Assembly (NCBI GenBank): GCA_918797485.1 | Contig: CAKKNE010000002.1 | Span: forward strand, 2,356,001 to 2,420,000 | DNA: 64,000 nt | From: Pelagomonas calceolata | Lineage: Eukaryota | Direction of reading: 5' to 3' | Shown: positions 39,592-49,548 of the stretch, piece by piece | Position numbering within the stretch: the first letter of the stretch is position 1 | How the letters are laid out: the number at the start of each line of letters is the position of its first letter | Position numbers and translations under genes: made by a program | Notes under the pieces: generated by a model | What the model saw: only the letters and a program-made list of their open reading frames with translations | What the model was told of the DNA's origin: nothing | Database searches by the model: none

Positions 39592-39936
39592 ATGGTGGCG
39601 CCACGGCGGGTCATCACCGTGCTGCTCTTCGGTGCCGCCGCGCCGGCCGCGGCGTTTCAGCCGGCCCGCGTGAGCTGCCAGCAGCGACACAGAGTTGCTG
39701 TCTGCAGCACAATTGACAACCGCCGGCGCTCGCGCAGCGACAACGAGGCGAGCGAGGGTTTAGGAATCGTCAACGTGCCAGTCACGGAGGACGCTATCAA
39801 AATGGCGAAGGACAAGCTCGAAAGTCGTTCCGGCTCGGTCGCCTCCGCCGCGACGGCCTCCGCCGTCGCCGCTGCCGCCGCGGCATCCGACGCTCTCCCC
39901 GATGTTGGGTTTGATCCTTGGTCTCCCTTCTCCTGA
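39592..39936 (+). CDS. Small probable plastid-targeted hypothetical protein
   Basis: MVAPRRVITVLLFGAAAPAAA-FQPA bipartite-like presequence. Confidence 0.5.
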   Translation: MVAPRRVITVLLFGAAAPAAAFQPARVSCQQRHRVAVCSTIDNRRRSRSDNEASEGLGIVNVPVTEDAIKMAKDKLESRSGSVASAATASAVAAAAAASDALPDVGFDPWSPFS

Positions 39937-40022
39937 AATTCGTGTTGTTTATAGTCGAAATCTTAAGTATCATTCGTTTCGCAGTCGAGCCTCGAATCAC
40001 GCTCCTACACACAAACACTTAA

Positions 40023-41363
40023 TCACCCGGCGGCGTCCGGTTCTTCGGCGTAGCCCGAGGCCACGCCCGTGCGCCCCGCGGCGGCGACGTGGACCTCGGT
40101 CTCGCCGCGGCGCACCTCGAGGCCCTGCCAGTCCCTTCCATGCAAATACTCGGCCGCCGCCGACGTCCACTTGACGATCTCGCCCTGTTGATCGGGTTCG
40201 TACGCGAGGTCCACGCGCGGCCGCTCAAACTGCCCGGACGCGAGGTCGAAGTCCGGCGCGTCGTCGCTGTCATGATCTTCGGAGTCGATCGCCAAGTCCG
40301 CCAAATCGCACGAGTAGAACGGCGCGTCCTCGGGCAGCCACCTCGATCGATCGAGGCACACGGCGAGCTCCGACGCCGCCACGAGCGGCACGGCCACCTC
40401 GCGCCCATAGATCTCGAGCGTCTCGACGTCCGCGCCGACGATGCACAGCGCCTCGAGCTCCGCGAAGTTCGCCAGCTTCGCCGGCGTGATGGGCCCCACC
40501 GCAATCACGTACGACGCGCGGCCCGTCTCCCGAATCAGCGCGTCGCACGCCCGCGCCGCGCGCGCGCTCTCGGCGATGCGGCCCGCGCCCGCGACGACGA
40601 CGCCCCAGCGCGACGCCTGGCGCGCCCTGCCTAAGGCGTGGCGCCTCCTCGCCAACGCGCGCGTCGCCCGCGACGCCAGCGCGTCCGCGTCCTCGCCGCC
40701 GCCCGTTGGGTCGACGGCCACGAAGCACGCGCACGCCGCGGCCCGCAGCGCCACGGCGTCGCGGAGCGGGCCGGCGGCGCCGACGAAGGCGACGCGCCGT
40801 CTGCGAAAGTCCGCCTCGTCCGCGCAGTCCGTGCCGAGGCCCGCGACGACGAAAGGCGACGACGGTCCGGCCTCGTCGTAGACGTGCGCCGGCAGCGACG
40901 ACGCCGCGCAGGGGCCGACGCGCGGCTCCAGCTCCGCCGCGAGCGCCCCACCGAAGTCGGCGTGCTCCGGCGCGACCAGCAAGAGCACGGGGCCCTCCTC
41001 GATTAGTAATTCCTCTATGTGCCGCGCGACGCCGGCCACGTCCACGGCCGCCGCGGGCCCGCGCACGAACAAGGTCGGCGGCGCGCCGTCGGGCGGCGGC
41101 GTCAGGCAGTCCGCACCGCACTTGACGAGGGCGTCCGCGTCGACGTGCGCGGCGCCGACGCAGTCGACGGCGCCGCGCGGCACGGGGTCGCCCAGGACGT
41201 AGATCTCCGGCGCGGCCCCGAGCCGCGCCGCGAGGGCCGTCGCGACGGCCGGCGCCTCCCCGAGCAGGTGCGCGGGGAACTGGAGCGCGAGGACCGTCGC
41301 GCCGTGCTTCTTCACGAAGGCCTCGATGCGGTCGAACTCGAAGTCGCGGCTCGTCGTCGCCAT
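40023..41363 (-). CDS. DPH2: Diphthamide biosynthesis protein 2
   Basis: LALQFPAHLL, IYVLGD, AAHVDADALV, GPITPAKLANFAEL, AAEYLHGRDWQGL...GRTGVASGY. Confidence 0.88.
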   Translation of the reverse strand: MATTSRDFEFDRIEAFVKKHGATVLALQFPAHLLGEAPAVATALAARLGAAPEIYVLGDPVPRGAVDCVGAAHVDADALVKCGADCLTPPPDGAPPTLFVRGPAAAVDVAGVARHIEELLIEEGPVLLLVAPEHADFGGALAAELEPRVGPCAASSLPAHVYDEAGPSSPFVVAGLGTDCADEADFRRRRVAFVGAAGPLRDAVALRAAACACFVAVDPTGGGEDADALASRATRALARRRHALGRARQASRWGVVVAGAGRIAESARAARACDALIRETGRASYVIAVGPITPAKLANFAELEALCIVGADVETLEIYGREVAVPLVAASELAVCLDRSRWLPEDAPFYSCDLADLAIDSEDHDSDDAPDFDLASGQFERPRVDLAYEPDQQGEIVKWTSAAAEYLHGRDWQGLEVRRGETEVHVAAAGRTGVASGYAEEPDAAG

Positions 41364-42272
41364 GGGCCTGGGAAAAGATGGCGTGAATGTCGTCTCCGAA
41401 GACCCACCGGGCGCGGCACGGGGAAAGCCTGGCCCGGCTTGAATGGCGCAACTCCGCTGGTTGCGCCGTGAGGCGGGTTCGCTCTCGCAGGGTTAAAATG
41501 CCCGGCGCGCGCACGGAGGCGCAGCGCGGCCGGGTTCTAGCGCCTGCCCCTTCGTTTTTGTTGAGATGGACGCGGGGCGCGGACGTTCCGAGCCTGCGTG
41601 CGTCGCGCGGTGGGCATCACGGATACAAGCTGTGCGTCTTCGAAAAGAAAAAATGGCCCTCACGGCGCGTGCTCTCGCCACCGGAACCTCGGATGTAAAT
41701 TACCCATTGCGTTCGTCGCTCACCGGACGTTGTGTCTGAAGAAGCCATGGACGCCGGGGCGCGCACCTCCTTATTTCAAATCAAACGGCGCGCCTGCGGA
41801 GGATGACCGATGACCGCGGCCGCGGCTCGGCGGCGCGTGTTGTGCGCGGCGAGGGGGGGACTCGGAGATGTATCGTCATCGACACGTGTTCGTTCGGAGA
41901 CTCTAGTCCAAAGATGTGTTCTCGTCACGGTCCCTCGTGTGTCCTCGGAGTTTTAACCAAGCACTGCTTCTATCCACACGGTGGATGTTCGGTCGGGTAA
42001 ACAGGATGGTCGTCATCGGACGTTTTGGTGCGTTTTTTGGGCGAAGGCTGCGGCGGACGCTGCGGCGGGCGTGGTCAAGCGCAGCGCTCACCGATGCGAC
42101 GAGTTGCATGCAGCGCTCATGGCGAGCTGCACTTGTGAAGCTGCTGTGTGGTCTGCTGTGGTGCCGCAGCGCGTGCGCGCGATAGGGCACTGTTTGCAGC
42201 GCTCGATGCGGTGCACAAACAACAACTAACTAATCCTGCCGAGCTCTCTCTCGCTGTGGCAGCTGAAGCTGG

Positions 42273-42293
42273 CTAGCAGCTGTAAGACACTAG
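42273..42293 (+). promoter_or_regulatory. TGTAAGACACTAG motif, copy 5
   Basis: CTAGCAGCTGTAAGACACTAG, ~230 bp upstream of the TIR gene ATG. Confidence 0.55.
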
Positions 42294-42522
42294 CAAGCAA
42301 GCCGCACGGGAAGGACGCTGAGGCGTCTCTGAGGATCTCTCGCTCGCCGCCAAAAGCTTCTGCGACGCATGCCTCTTAGATTGTCATCATCTCTAGCACT
42401 CCTTCACTCAGCGCGGCACGCGATCTGTGCATGTAAGGCAGCCAGGGGCAGCCGCCTCACGTTCTCCTTTCTACGGGATCGGAGAACGGTGAATGGACAC
42501 CAGTGCATAGACAGCTCAAAGG

Positions 42523-45500
42523 ATGGGTGCCGGAGCATCTGCCCCACGGCAGCCCCTACAATCTCTCAGTGCAGACAGCATCAAGGAACTCGTGGAGTCT
42601 TTGGGTCCCAAATTCGCAGACATCGGAGAACAGCTGCAGGAAAATGGGTACGACGGCGCGATCCTGGCTGACGCGTCCGACGAGGACCTTGACGAACTCT
42701 TCGATGAGCTCGAGGTCCCAAAGCTGAAGCAAAAGGTGTTACGGAAGAAGCTTGCCTGGCTCAAGGAAGGGATTTCTACGGCATCACTTGACGAGCACCC
42801 GGCCGCGGCGGACGGCCCGCCCGCCGCCGCGGCGCCGAAGGACGAATACGTTGTCGACGCATACGACTGCTTCCTGTCGCACAAGCGCTCCGACTGCCAG
42901 GATGTGGTCGCGCGCGTGCATGACCGGCTGACGGATGCGGGCTACCGCGCGTTCATCGATCGGGAAGAGCTCGAAGAATTACCAAAGCTCAAAGCAAGCG
43001 TGCGCGCGTCGGGGAAGCTCGTCTTCTTTATGTCCCCTAAGATCTTCGAATCGGACTGGTGCATGTTAGAGCTCTGCACGGCGGTCGACAGCGGCATTGA
43101 CGTACTGCCGGTCACCGTCGAAGGCACGACGTGGGGCGGCGGCGCTCGAGTGTTCCCCGACGTCCAACAAGACGTACCGGAAAAAGTAGAGATCCAGGGC
43201 CAGGTGTACCATCCGCGCGCGGCGGCGGCCAAGGCCTTTGCGCACGCAATCGGCCTCGAGCACTCGCGCAGTTACTTCGACGCATTTATTGACAAACTTT
43301 CGAAGCGCATCGGCCCCTCGAAGCGAGTGGTGGCGGACGGGCCGCCCGAGGGCAGCGTCGCTAGGCAGATCTGGCAGCAAGCCGGGGGTACCCCGTCGTG
43401 GGGCGACGTACTCAAGACGCTCCGCGAGACCTCAGGCGCGGCGGACGCCGTCGACGCATCGCGCCCGGTGCTCGCGCGCGCCCTCGGCCTCGTCGACGGC
43501 GCCGACGAGAGCTCGCCGGTGAACGCGGCGGCGCTCGCCGCCGTATTTCCGCCGGGAACGGACGTAGCGCAGACCTTGCGGGCGCTCGCGGCGCGCACTC
43601 AACCGGTGGGCGTGACTGACGGTGGCGCGGCGACCACCACTCCAGGCGGCGGCGCGGGCGAGGAGACATTAATGCCCGTGGTGATGGCCGCAGATGCAAC
43701 AGCGTTAGAGGAGGCGGAAGCGGCGGGGACGGCAGCAGAGTTACCCGACGCCGGACTTGCACTCGTCGGCGGCAACACGTCGATGGCATCCGTGCGTGCG
43801 CAGCTGATCGAGGCTCTCGACGAACTCGGAATTGAGGGCGACGAGGGGCTGGGCGACACAATCGAGCGCATCAAAGGAGGAAAATTCTCATTTCTGCTAC
43901 CGATGAAAGGGAAGCGGCGGCGACGCGTCGTTATGCGCACGCAAGAGAGGCTCGTTCGCGGCGCCACGGCGATGGGTGATCCGATCGCGCTCATGCCGAC
44001 GACCAAGGCGGCTGCAGAGCCGCTGGCTGTAACGGCGGTGGCGGTGGACGGGGCGGCCGATGCCGCTGCGGAGATCGTTTCCCGGGCGGCGCGCAAGGAC
44101 GCGGACAAGCTCAGTATCGACGCGGCCCTCCGCGACCCGGACCTGTTCACCGGACTGCGCCGAATTCTCCATGAGGAGCGCGCTGGTGGTGATGCGCCAG
44201 AAGAGGAAGCGGCTGTGCTCGCGTCGAAGGTGGCGGAGCTCAAAAAACTGCTCTCTGGTGGCGGTGACGGCGGCACGCTCGCCGCAGACGTTCGCGCGCT
44301 ATCAACTGCCGCAGCCGCGCAAGACGGAGCAGTCGCGCGTCTCGCGGGCGCGGCGGCGGCGCAGAGCGTGGCTTCGGCCGCGGCCGAAGGCGGCGACGCG
44401 GCGGCGCTGGTCGCGGCGCTCGAGCCCCTCGCGGCGGCGGCGCGCGAGGGGCTGGCGCCCTCGCTCGAGAAACTACGCGCCGAGATTGCGCGCGACGGCG
44501 CGACGCCCTCGCTACCCAAGTCATCGGTCGGGTCGCGGAAGCGCGTCGTGATCGCTGGAGGCGGCTTCTGCGGCGCGATGGTGGCGTACCGCCTCGATAA
44601 AAACCCGGAATTCCATGTGACACTTCTTGACACGAAGGAATACGTCGAAAATACGCCAGTAGTGTTAAGGCTGATGTGCCTCGCCGGCAAGGAGTTCGAG
44701 GACATGTTTAGCAAGGCGCTCATCGAGCATAAGGCCTATGTTAAGAATGGTGACGTCGTGGTGGGCTCTCTAGCCGCCGTGCGCACCGACCACATCCTCT
44801 ATGGCGCGAAGACTGGCGTTGCCGCGCACGTGCTGCCCTATGATTATCTCGTCATCTCGACAGGGACGGCATACCAGTCCGACATCAAGACCGATGGTAC
44901 GTCAATAGAGCACCGCAGGCGTTCCTACGAGATTGAGCACCAGCGCATCGCAGATGCTCCCGCCACTGTGGTCGTGGGCGGCGGGCTGGTTGGTACAGAA
45001 TTAGCTTTGGACATCTCCACATTTTTCCCAGGCAAGAAGGTCGAGTGGATCTCCGGGAACGAGACGTTGATGTCGCGCATTCATGGTTTCCACGACCCAA
45101 CCATGGAGGTCGTTGAGCGCGAGGCTGCGAAGGGCCACCTAAAACTTTCCCTTGGCGAGCGGGCCATCTCGGTGAACCAGGCCGGGTCCATACTGACCGA
45201 TAAGGGCAATGAGACGACGCCGGGCGCGCGCGCCTATTGGTGCACCGGCTACCGAGCGAACAACAGCTTTATGAAGGACCCGCGCACGGCTGCGAGCGTC
45301 GCATCCTGCCTGGATGACGAGGGCTTCATCAATGCGGGCCCGACGCACCAATTGTCTCACCCAGCGCTCTCGCACGTCTTCGCCGGCGGAGACATATGCT
45401 GTCGGGATCGGTTTGGCGGCGGCGAGCGGATGGCGGCGTACGGGCACACGCACGCCATGGTCATCTGCGAAAATATCGAACGGCTTGCCGGCACGCTCAG

Positions 45501-45831
45501 CGGCCCGCTGCAGGCGGCGCGCATCGGCATACCAAAAAAGGGCGCAGACAGTGCCACCGATAACGAAGGCGTCCTGATCTCCCTCGGCAAGACGGACACC
45601 GTTATGTTCTCGAAGAATCCGCTGATGCGCGCCTTCTACCCCAATCCCGAGGAGATGGAAGAGAAATACGGGCCGATAGACGAGGCACCCAACGGCTGGA
45701 TCCTTCTCGATGACCAATCCTCGCTCAAGTTTGGGTTCGGTGTGGACCTGCTGGCCGAAACGTTCCGAGAGGGCAAGGACGAGTGGTGGGCGGGATTCGA
45801 CGGACCGCGAATGTACGACTTCGTGCCTTAA
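42523..45831 (+). CDS. N-myristoylated SAM-like + TIR + linker + AIF/AMID(FSP1)-type pyridine nucleotide-disulfide oxidoreductase, 1102 aa
   Basis: MGAGAS; LQENGYDGAILADASDEDLDELFDELEV (SAM-like); YDCFLSHKRSD...AFID...FESDWCMLEL (TIR); VVIAGGGFCG, YDYLVISTG, VVVGGGLVGTELA, VFAGGD. Confidence 0.85.
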   Translation: MGAGASAPRQPLQSLSADSIKELVESLGPKFADIGEQLQENGYDGAILADASDEDLDELFDELEVPKLKQKVLRKKLAWLKEGISTASLDEHPAAADGPPAAAAPKDEYVVDAYDCFLSHKRSDCQDVVARVHDRLTDAGYRAFIDREELEELPKLKASVRASGKLVFFMSPKIFESDWCMLELCTAVDSGIDVLPVTVEGTTWGGGARVFPDVQQDVPEKVEIQGQVYHPRAAAAKAFAHAIGLEHSRSYFDAFIDKLSKRIGPSKRVVADGPPEGSVARQIWQQAGGTPSWGDVLKTLRETSGAADAVDASRPVLARALGLVDGADESSPVNAAALAAVFPPGTDVAQTLRALAARTQPVGVTDGGAATTTPGGGAGEETLMPVVMAADATALEEAEAAGTAAELPDAGLALVGGNTSMASVRAQLIEALDELGIEGDEGLGDTIERIKGGKFSFLLPMKGKRRRRVVMRTQERLVRGATAMGDPIALMPTTKAAAEPLAVTAVAVDGAADAAAEIVSRAARKDADKLSIDAALRDPDLFTGLRRILHEERAGGDAPEEEAAVLASKVAELKKLLSGGGDGGTLAADVRALSTAAAAQDGAVARLAGAAAAQSVASAAAEGGDAAALVAALEPLAAAAREGLAPSLEKLRAEIARDGATPSLPKSSVGSRKRVVIAGGGFCGAMVAYRLDKNPEFHVTLLDTKEYVENTPVVLRLMCLAGKEFEDMFSKALIEHKAYVKNGDVVVGSLAAVRTDHILYGAKTGVAAHVLPYDYLVISTGTAYQSDIKTDGTSIEHRRRSYEIEHQRIADAPATVVVGGGLVGTELALDISTFFPGKKVEWISGNETLMSRIHGFHDPTMEVVEREAAKGHLKLSLGERAISVNQAGSILTDKGNETTPGARAYWCTGYRANNSFMKDPRTAASVASCLDDEGFINAGPTHQLSHPALSHVFAGGDICCRDRFGGGERMAAYGHTHAMVICENIERLAGTLSGPLQAARIGIPKKGADSATDNEGVLISLGKTDTVMFSKNPLMRAFYPNPEEMEEKYGPIDEAPNGWILLDDQSSLKFGFGVDLLAETFREGKDEWWAGFDGPRMYDFVP

Positions 45832-45860
45832 TTAGGCTTTCTACTAGTTCCTTTTTTCAC

Positions 45861-46433
45861 TCACAGGGGTCGCTTATCCATGCTAACCTCGTGTATTCGC
45901 TTCAGGAGGTCCTGGTACGCGTCGTCGATCGCTTGTCGCTGGGCGGCGTGCGACGCGCGTTGCGTCTGCCAGGCCTCAAGCTCGGCCTCATACTCGGGGG
46001 AGCGTGCCGGCGGCTTCCCGCGAGGCGCGTCGTCGCGAGTCCGCGCCGCGACGGTCGCCCGTCGCGGCTCCGCGTCCTCCTCCACCTCGACCACCGCGGG
46101 AGGCATGTCCAACTGCGGATCGTCGTCGTCGACGCCCTCGTCGCCGTGGGCGTAGCCGAACCCCTTGGCGCCGTGGGGCGGTCGCGGCCGCCGGTTCGCG
46201 CGTTCCGCCTCGGTCAAGGCGGCGTCGCGGCGCTTGAGCTCGTCGATGGCCGCGGCGAGCTCCTCGTGCCCGTTCTTGAGCGCTTTCTTCCGCAGGACGT
46301 CGAACTTCGCCTTGCGCCGCAGGGCAGCCCCCGTCGTCGAGCTGTCCCGGCTGCCCGGCAGCGTGCGCTCCCAGCTCGCTTTCCTTGCCGCAGCGGTTGA
46401 GAGCAGTATGAAGAGGCGGTACATGTGCACCAT
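45861..46433 (-). CDS. Hypothetical signal-peptide coiled-coil protein
   Basis: MYRLFILLSTAAA followed by charged helical segments. Confidence 0.55.
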   Translation of the reverse strand: MVHMYRLFILLSTAAARKASWERTLPGSRDSSTTGAALRRKAKFDVLRKKALKNGHEELAAAIDELKRRDAALTEAERANRRPRPPHGAKGFGYAHGDEGVDDDDPQLDMPPAVVEVEEDAEPRRATVAARTRDDAPRGKPPARSPEYEAELEAWQTQRASHAAQRQAIDDAYQDLLKRIHEVSMDKRPL

Positions 46434-46492
46434 TTTCAAAATGGCAGCCGAACCGGCCGCAAGGGCAAAATTATTTCATGCTTGCTCGCTTG

Positions 46493-46513
46493 CTAGTGTC
46501 TTACAGCCGCTAG
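46493..46513 (-). promoter_or_regulatory. TGTAAGACACTAG motif, copy 6
   Basis: CTAGTGTCTTACAGCCGCTAG, ~60 bp upstream of the minus-strand ATG at 46433. Confidence 0.55.
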
Positions 46514-46680
46514 CTGCGCTGTCAAGTTTCTCGGGTTTAAGGGGGGCTAGCACCTTGGGGGTGGGTGCACTAGGACCAGACCTCTAACGGCCCGGGCCCG
46601 GCATCGGGACGTGGTCGTCCGGCGGGAGGGTGGGGCGTCGCGGGGACACTCTCACAAACAAGCTAGACAAACAAGCGAGC

Positions 46681-47490
46681 TTAGTAGTACCTATAGTACT
46701 TGGAGTGGCTCTCGCGGAGGTGCAGGAACGTCTCGGGCGAGTGCAGCGGCGGCCTCACCTGCTCCCCGTCCGCCGCCGCGTCGACGAACTCGTTGGCGGC
46801 GCGCGCCTCGTCGCGCGCCGCGAGGCGCTCCTCCGCGGTTTTGCCCTCCTCGCTCGCGTCGGAGGAACAGATGGTGTCCTCGTCGAAGGTCGCGGCGGCG
46901 GCCGCGGCGAGCGCATCCGCCGCCGCCTCGGCCGCGACGGCCGCGTCGTCGATGGGCGGCGCCGGCGCGTCCTCTGCGGGCGCCGGCGCCGCGGCCGCCG
47001 GCGTCGGCTCGATGTGGAGCGCCGGCGGCGGCAGCCCTAGCAGGCTCCGCGACGGGGGGCCCTCCCAGCCGCCCTTCGTCTCCACGGCCGCGTGCACGTC
47101 CAGGGTCGCGACGCGCCGCTCGATGGCCCGGAGCTCCGAGTCCGTCGACCGGCACGCGTGGGGCAGGGCCTTGAAGACGGTCTTGAGGCACGGCGGCGGC
47201 GGCGCTTCTTTCGGCTTCGGCTTCTTCTTTTGGACCGTCTGGGGAGCTTTCTTGACGCTCATCATGCGCCGCGGCGCCTTCCGGACGGCCGCGGCGGTCT
47301 TCACGACCGCAACGACGTCGAGCGCCGCCATCTTCGAGGCGAGGACGTCGGCGCCGAGCTCGGCCGCGTCCACCGTAAAGGCGGCGGGCAGCTTGATGAC
47401 GGGGAAGGGCGCCTTGGCGGGACTCGCCGGGGGACTCTTCGTCGTGTCGATGGGGCTCGGCCGCCGGCGCGCCGCGCGCGTCTCGACCAT
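46681..47490 (-). CDS. Hypothetical low-complexity protein
   Basis: ORF with host codon bias, Lys-rich NLS-like segment. Confidence 0.5.
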   Translation of the reverse strand: MVETRAARRRPSPIDTTKSPPASPAKAPFPVIKLPAAFTVDAAELGADVLASKMAALDVVAVVKTAAAVRKAPRRMMSVKKAPQTVQKKKPKPKEAPPPPCLKTVFKALPHACRSTDSELRAIERRVATLDVHAAVETKGGWEGPPSRSLLGLPPPALHIEPTPAAAAPAPAEDAPAPPIDDAAVAAEAAADALAAAAAATFDEDTICSSDASEEGKTAEERLAARDEARAANEFVDAAADGEQVRPPLHSPETFLHLRESHSKYYRYY

Positions 47491-47723
47491 GGTGATGACG
47501 TTACTGGTGTGTCGGTGCGTGTCAGGTGCCTCTCATCGCTGTGCGCGCCTGGGGCAGCCCAAGCGGACGACTTGTGGCAAGGTGGGTCTTAGTCCCTAGT
47601 CCATATCATGAGATAACGAGCCCAGGATGCCCTACCGAAACTGCAGAATCTGATCTATCTAGTGTGTGTGTATACGCTAAGGTTTTATCTTTGGCGTCGC
47701 CGCCGCCTATCCCGGCTGGCACA

Positions 47724-49466
47724 ATGGCAGATTACGACGCCCTGCGCCAGCAGGTCGAGGCCGACGCAGGCGATTTTACGTCTTGGTCCAAACTTCTCGC
47801 TGCCGTCGAGGAGGGAGCGACAGCCTACCCCGAGCGCGTCGCGCCGACGTTCGAGAGCTTCCTCGCGAAGTTCCCGCTCTGCTTCGGCTACTGGTGCAAG
47901 TACGCGGACCTGCAGCGGCGCCTGGGCGAGGCCGGGTCGGTGGACGCCGCCGAGGCCCAGGAGAAGGCGGCGACGATCTACGACCGGGCCCTCGAGGCCG
48001 TGCCGTTGAGTGTGGAACTGTGGAAGGCCTACACGGCGCACGTCAAGGCCGCGACGGCGGGCCAGTCGTCGGAAAAACTGCGCGCGGCCTACAAGAAGGC
48101 GACGGGCCGCGTCGGCCACGACGCCGCGGCCGCGGGCCTCTGGGACGCGTTCATGGAGTTTGAAGCGGATAGGGGCACGCCGGAGACCGTCTGCGACGTT
48201 TTTAAGAGCATGTTGGGGGTGGACGCGTCGGGCCGGACCGACGAGTTATGGCGGCGCTTCAAGCACCTCTCGAAGTCGTACCAGACGCCCGAATTAGTAT
48301 CTGAAGAGGATAGAAAGGCTCTTGAAGCGCGCTGGAAGGCCCAGAAGAAGGAGGGCGACGCGAACGCGGAATTGGATGCGCTCGCGAATAGTAGGGTCGC
48401 GGGCATGAAGGAATTGGAGCTGCAACGGCAGATGGAGCAGCTCCTACTCGAATGCGAGCAGGCGAAGAACGACCTCGTCCAGAATCGGTTGGAGCGCCAG
48501 CACTACGAGGCCGGCGTCAGAAGGTGGTATTTTCACGTGAAGCCTCTGGACGAAGCCCAATTACGCAACTGGCGCGAGTATCTTACGAGAGAGGAGACGG
48601 CCGCCTACACGGACAAAGAGACCCACGTCAAGAAGGTGCGCGCGTTGTTTGAACGGTGTTTGGTACCGTGTGCGCTCTACGCCGAGTTCTGGCTGCGGTA
48701 CGCGGCGTGGTGCCATTCCAACATCGACGCCACGGCGGCTTTAGCGGTCGCGACGCGCGCAGCGACCGTGTTTTTACCGCGGCGACCCGACGTCTTAGCC
48801 GCTCTCGCCGCTTTGCTCGAGTCCGCGGGCCGCCTCGACGACGCGCGCGCGGCCTACGAGGCCGTGGCCGCCGGCGCCGTCGAGGCGGACCACAAGGCCT
48901 ACGGCGCGGTCCTGGTGGCGAACTTCGAGCGGCGCGTCGGCGGCGACGTCGTCGGGGCCTACGAGAAGGCGCTCGCAAACGGCGCGGCGCCGGCGCCGAC
49001 GCGCGCGCACCTCGCGCGCTACCACTGCGTCGTCCGCAACGACGTCGCGGCGGCGCGGGCCGTTCTCGATCAAGCCCTGGAAGCGGAGCCGGAGCACGCC
49101 GGGCTCTGGCAGGCGCGCGCGCGCGTCGAGGCGCACCGCGTCGCGGACGACAAGGCGGCGGCCGTCTTCGCGCGCGTCGCCGAGGTCTACGACCGCGCCC
49201 TCGGTCCGGAGTCGACGGTGCCTGTACAAGAGCGCGGGCCGCTCTGGCAGCAGTACAAGGCCGTCGCGGACGATCTGTGTGGCGACGCCGCGAAGCTGCT
49301 CGAGATCGCCCGCGGCTACGCGAAGTGGCGCTCGCGCGCCGACGTCGAGGCGCAGCCGCTGGGGCCCATCCCCGCGAAGCGCAAGCGCGCGGCGCCCGTC
49401 GCGGCCGCCGGCGACGCGTCCGCGGACATCGCGTCGTCCTACGGGGCCTATGCGTCGTATTCCTAA
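47724..49466 (+). CDS. PRP39: Pre-mRNA-processing factor 39 (HAT repeats)
   Basis: DFTSWSKLL, FLAKFPLCFGYWCKYA, PLSVELW, RWYFHVKPLDEAQLRNWREYL, LFERCLVPCALYAEFWLRYA. Confidence 0.9.
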   Translation: MADYDALRQQVEADAGDFTSWSKLLAAVEEGATAYPERVAPTFESFLAKFPLCFGYWCKYADLQRRLGEAGSVDAAEAQEKAATIYDRALEAVPLSVELWKAYTAHVKAATAGQSSEKLRAAYKKATGRVGHDAAAAGLWDAFMEFEADRGTPETVCDVFKSMLGVDASGRTDELWRRFKHLSKSYQTPELVSEEDRKALEARWKAQKKEGDANAELDALANSRVAGMKELELQRQMEQLLLECEQAKNDLVQNRLERQHYEAGVRRWYFHVKPLDEAQLRNWREYLTREETAAYTDKETHVKKVRALFERCLVPCALYAEFWLRYAAWCHSNIDATAALAVATRAATVFLPRRPDVLAALAALLESAGRLDDARAAYEAVAAGAVEADHKAYGAVLVANFERRVGGDVVGAYEKALANGAAPAPTRAHLARYHCVVRNDVAAARAVLDQALEAEPEHAGLWQARARVEAHRVADDKAAAVFARVAEVYDRALGPESTVPVQERGPLWQQYKAVADDLCGDAAKLLEIARGYAKWRSRADVEAQPLGPIPAKRKRAAPVAAAGDASADIASSYGAYASYS

Positions 49467-49548
49467 GTTGGCTACCTCTTCTTATACACACACGCGCGAA
49501 ACGCGCTACGGCGCCTAAGCATCGTACTCCTAAAGTAGAATATGACTA

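Noticed and set aside
42273..42293. CTAG-ending motif as a Helitron 3' end
   Set aside because: Not followed by T, no GC-rich subterminal hairpin, and no extended homology between copies
41400..42500. Several short ORFs upstream of DPH2 and the TIR gene
   Set aside because: No homology cues; a small spliced gene cannot be excluded but is unsupported
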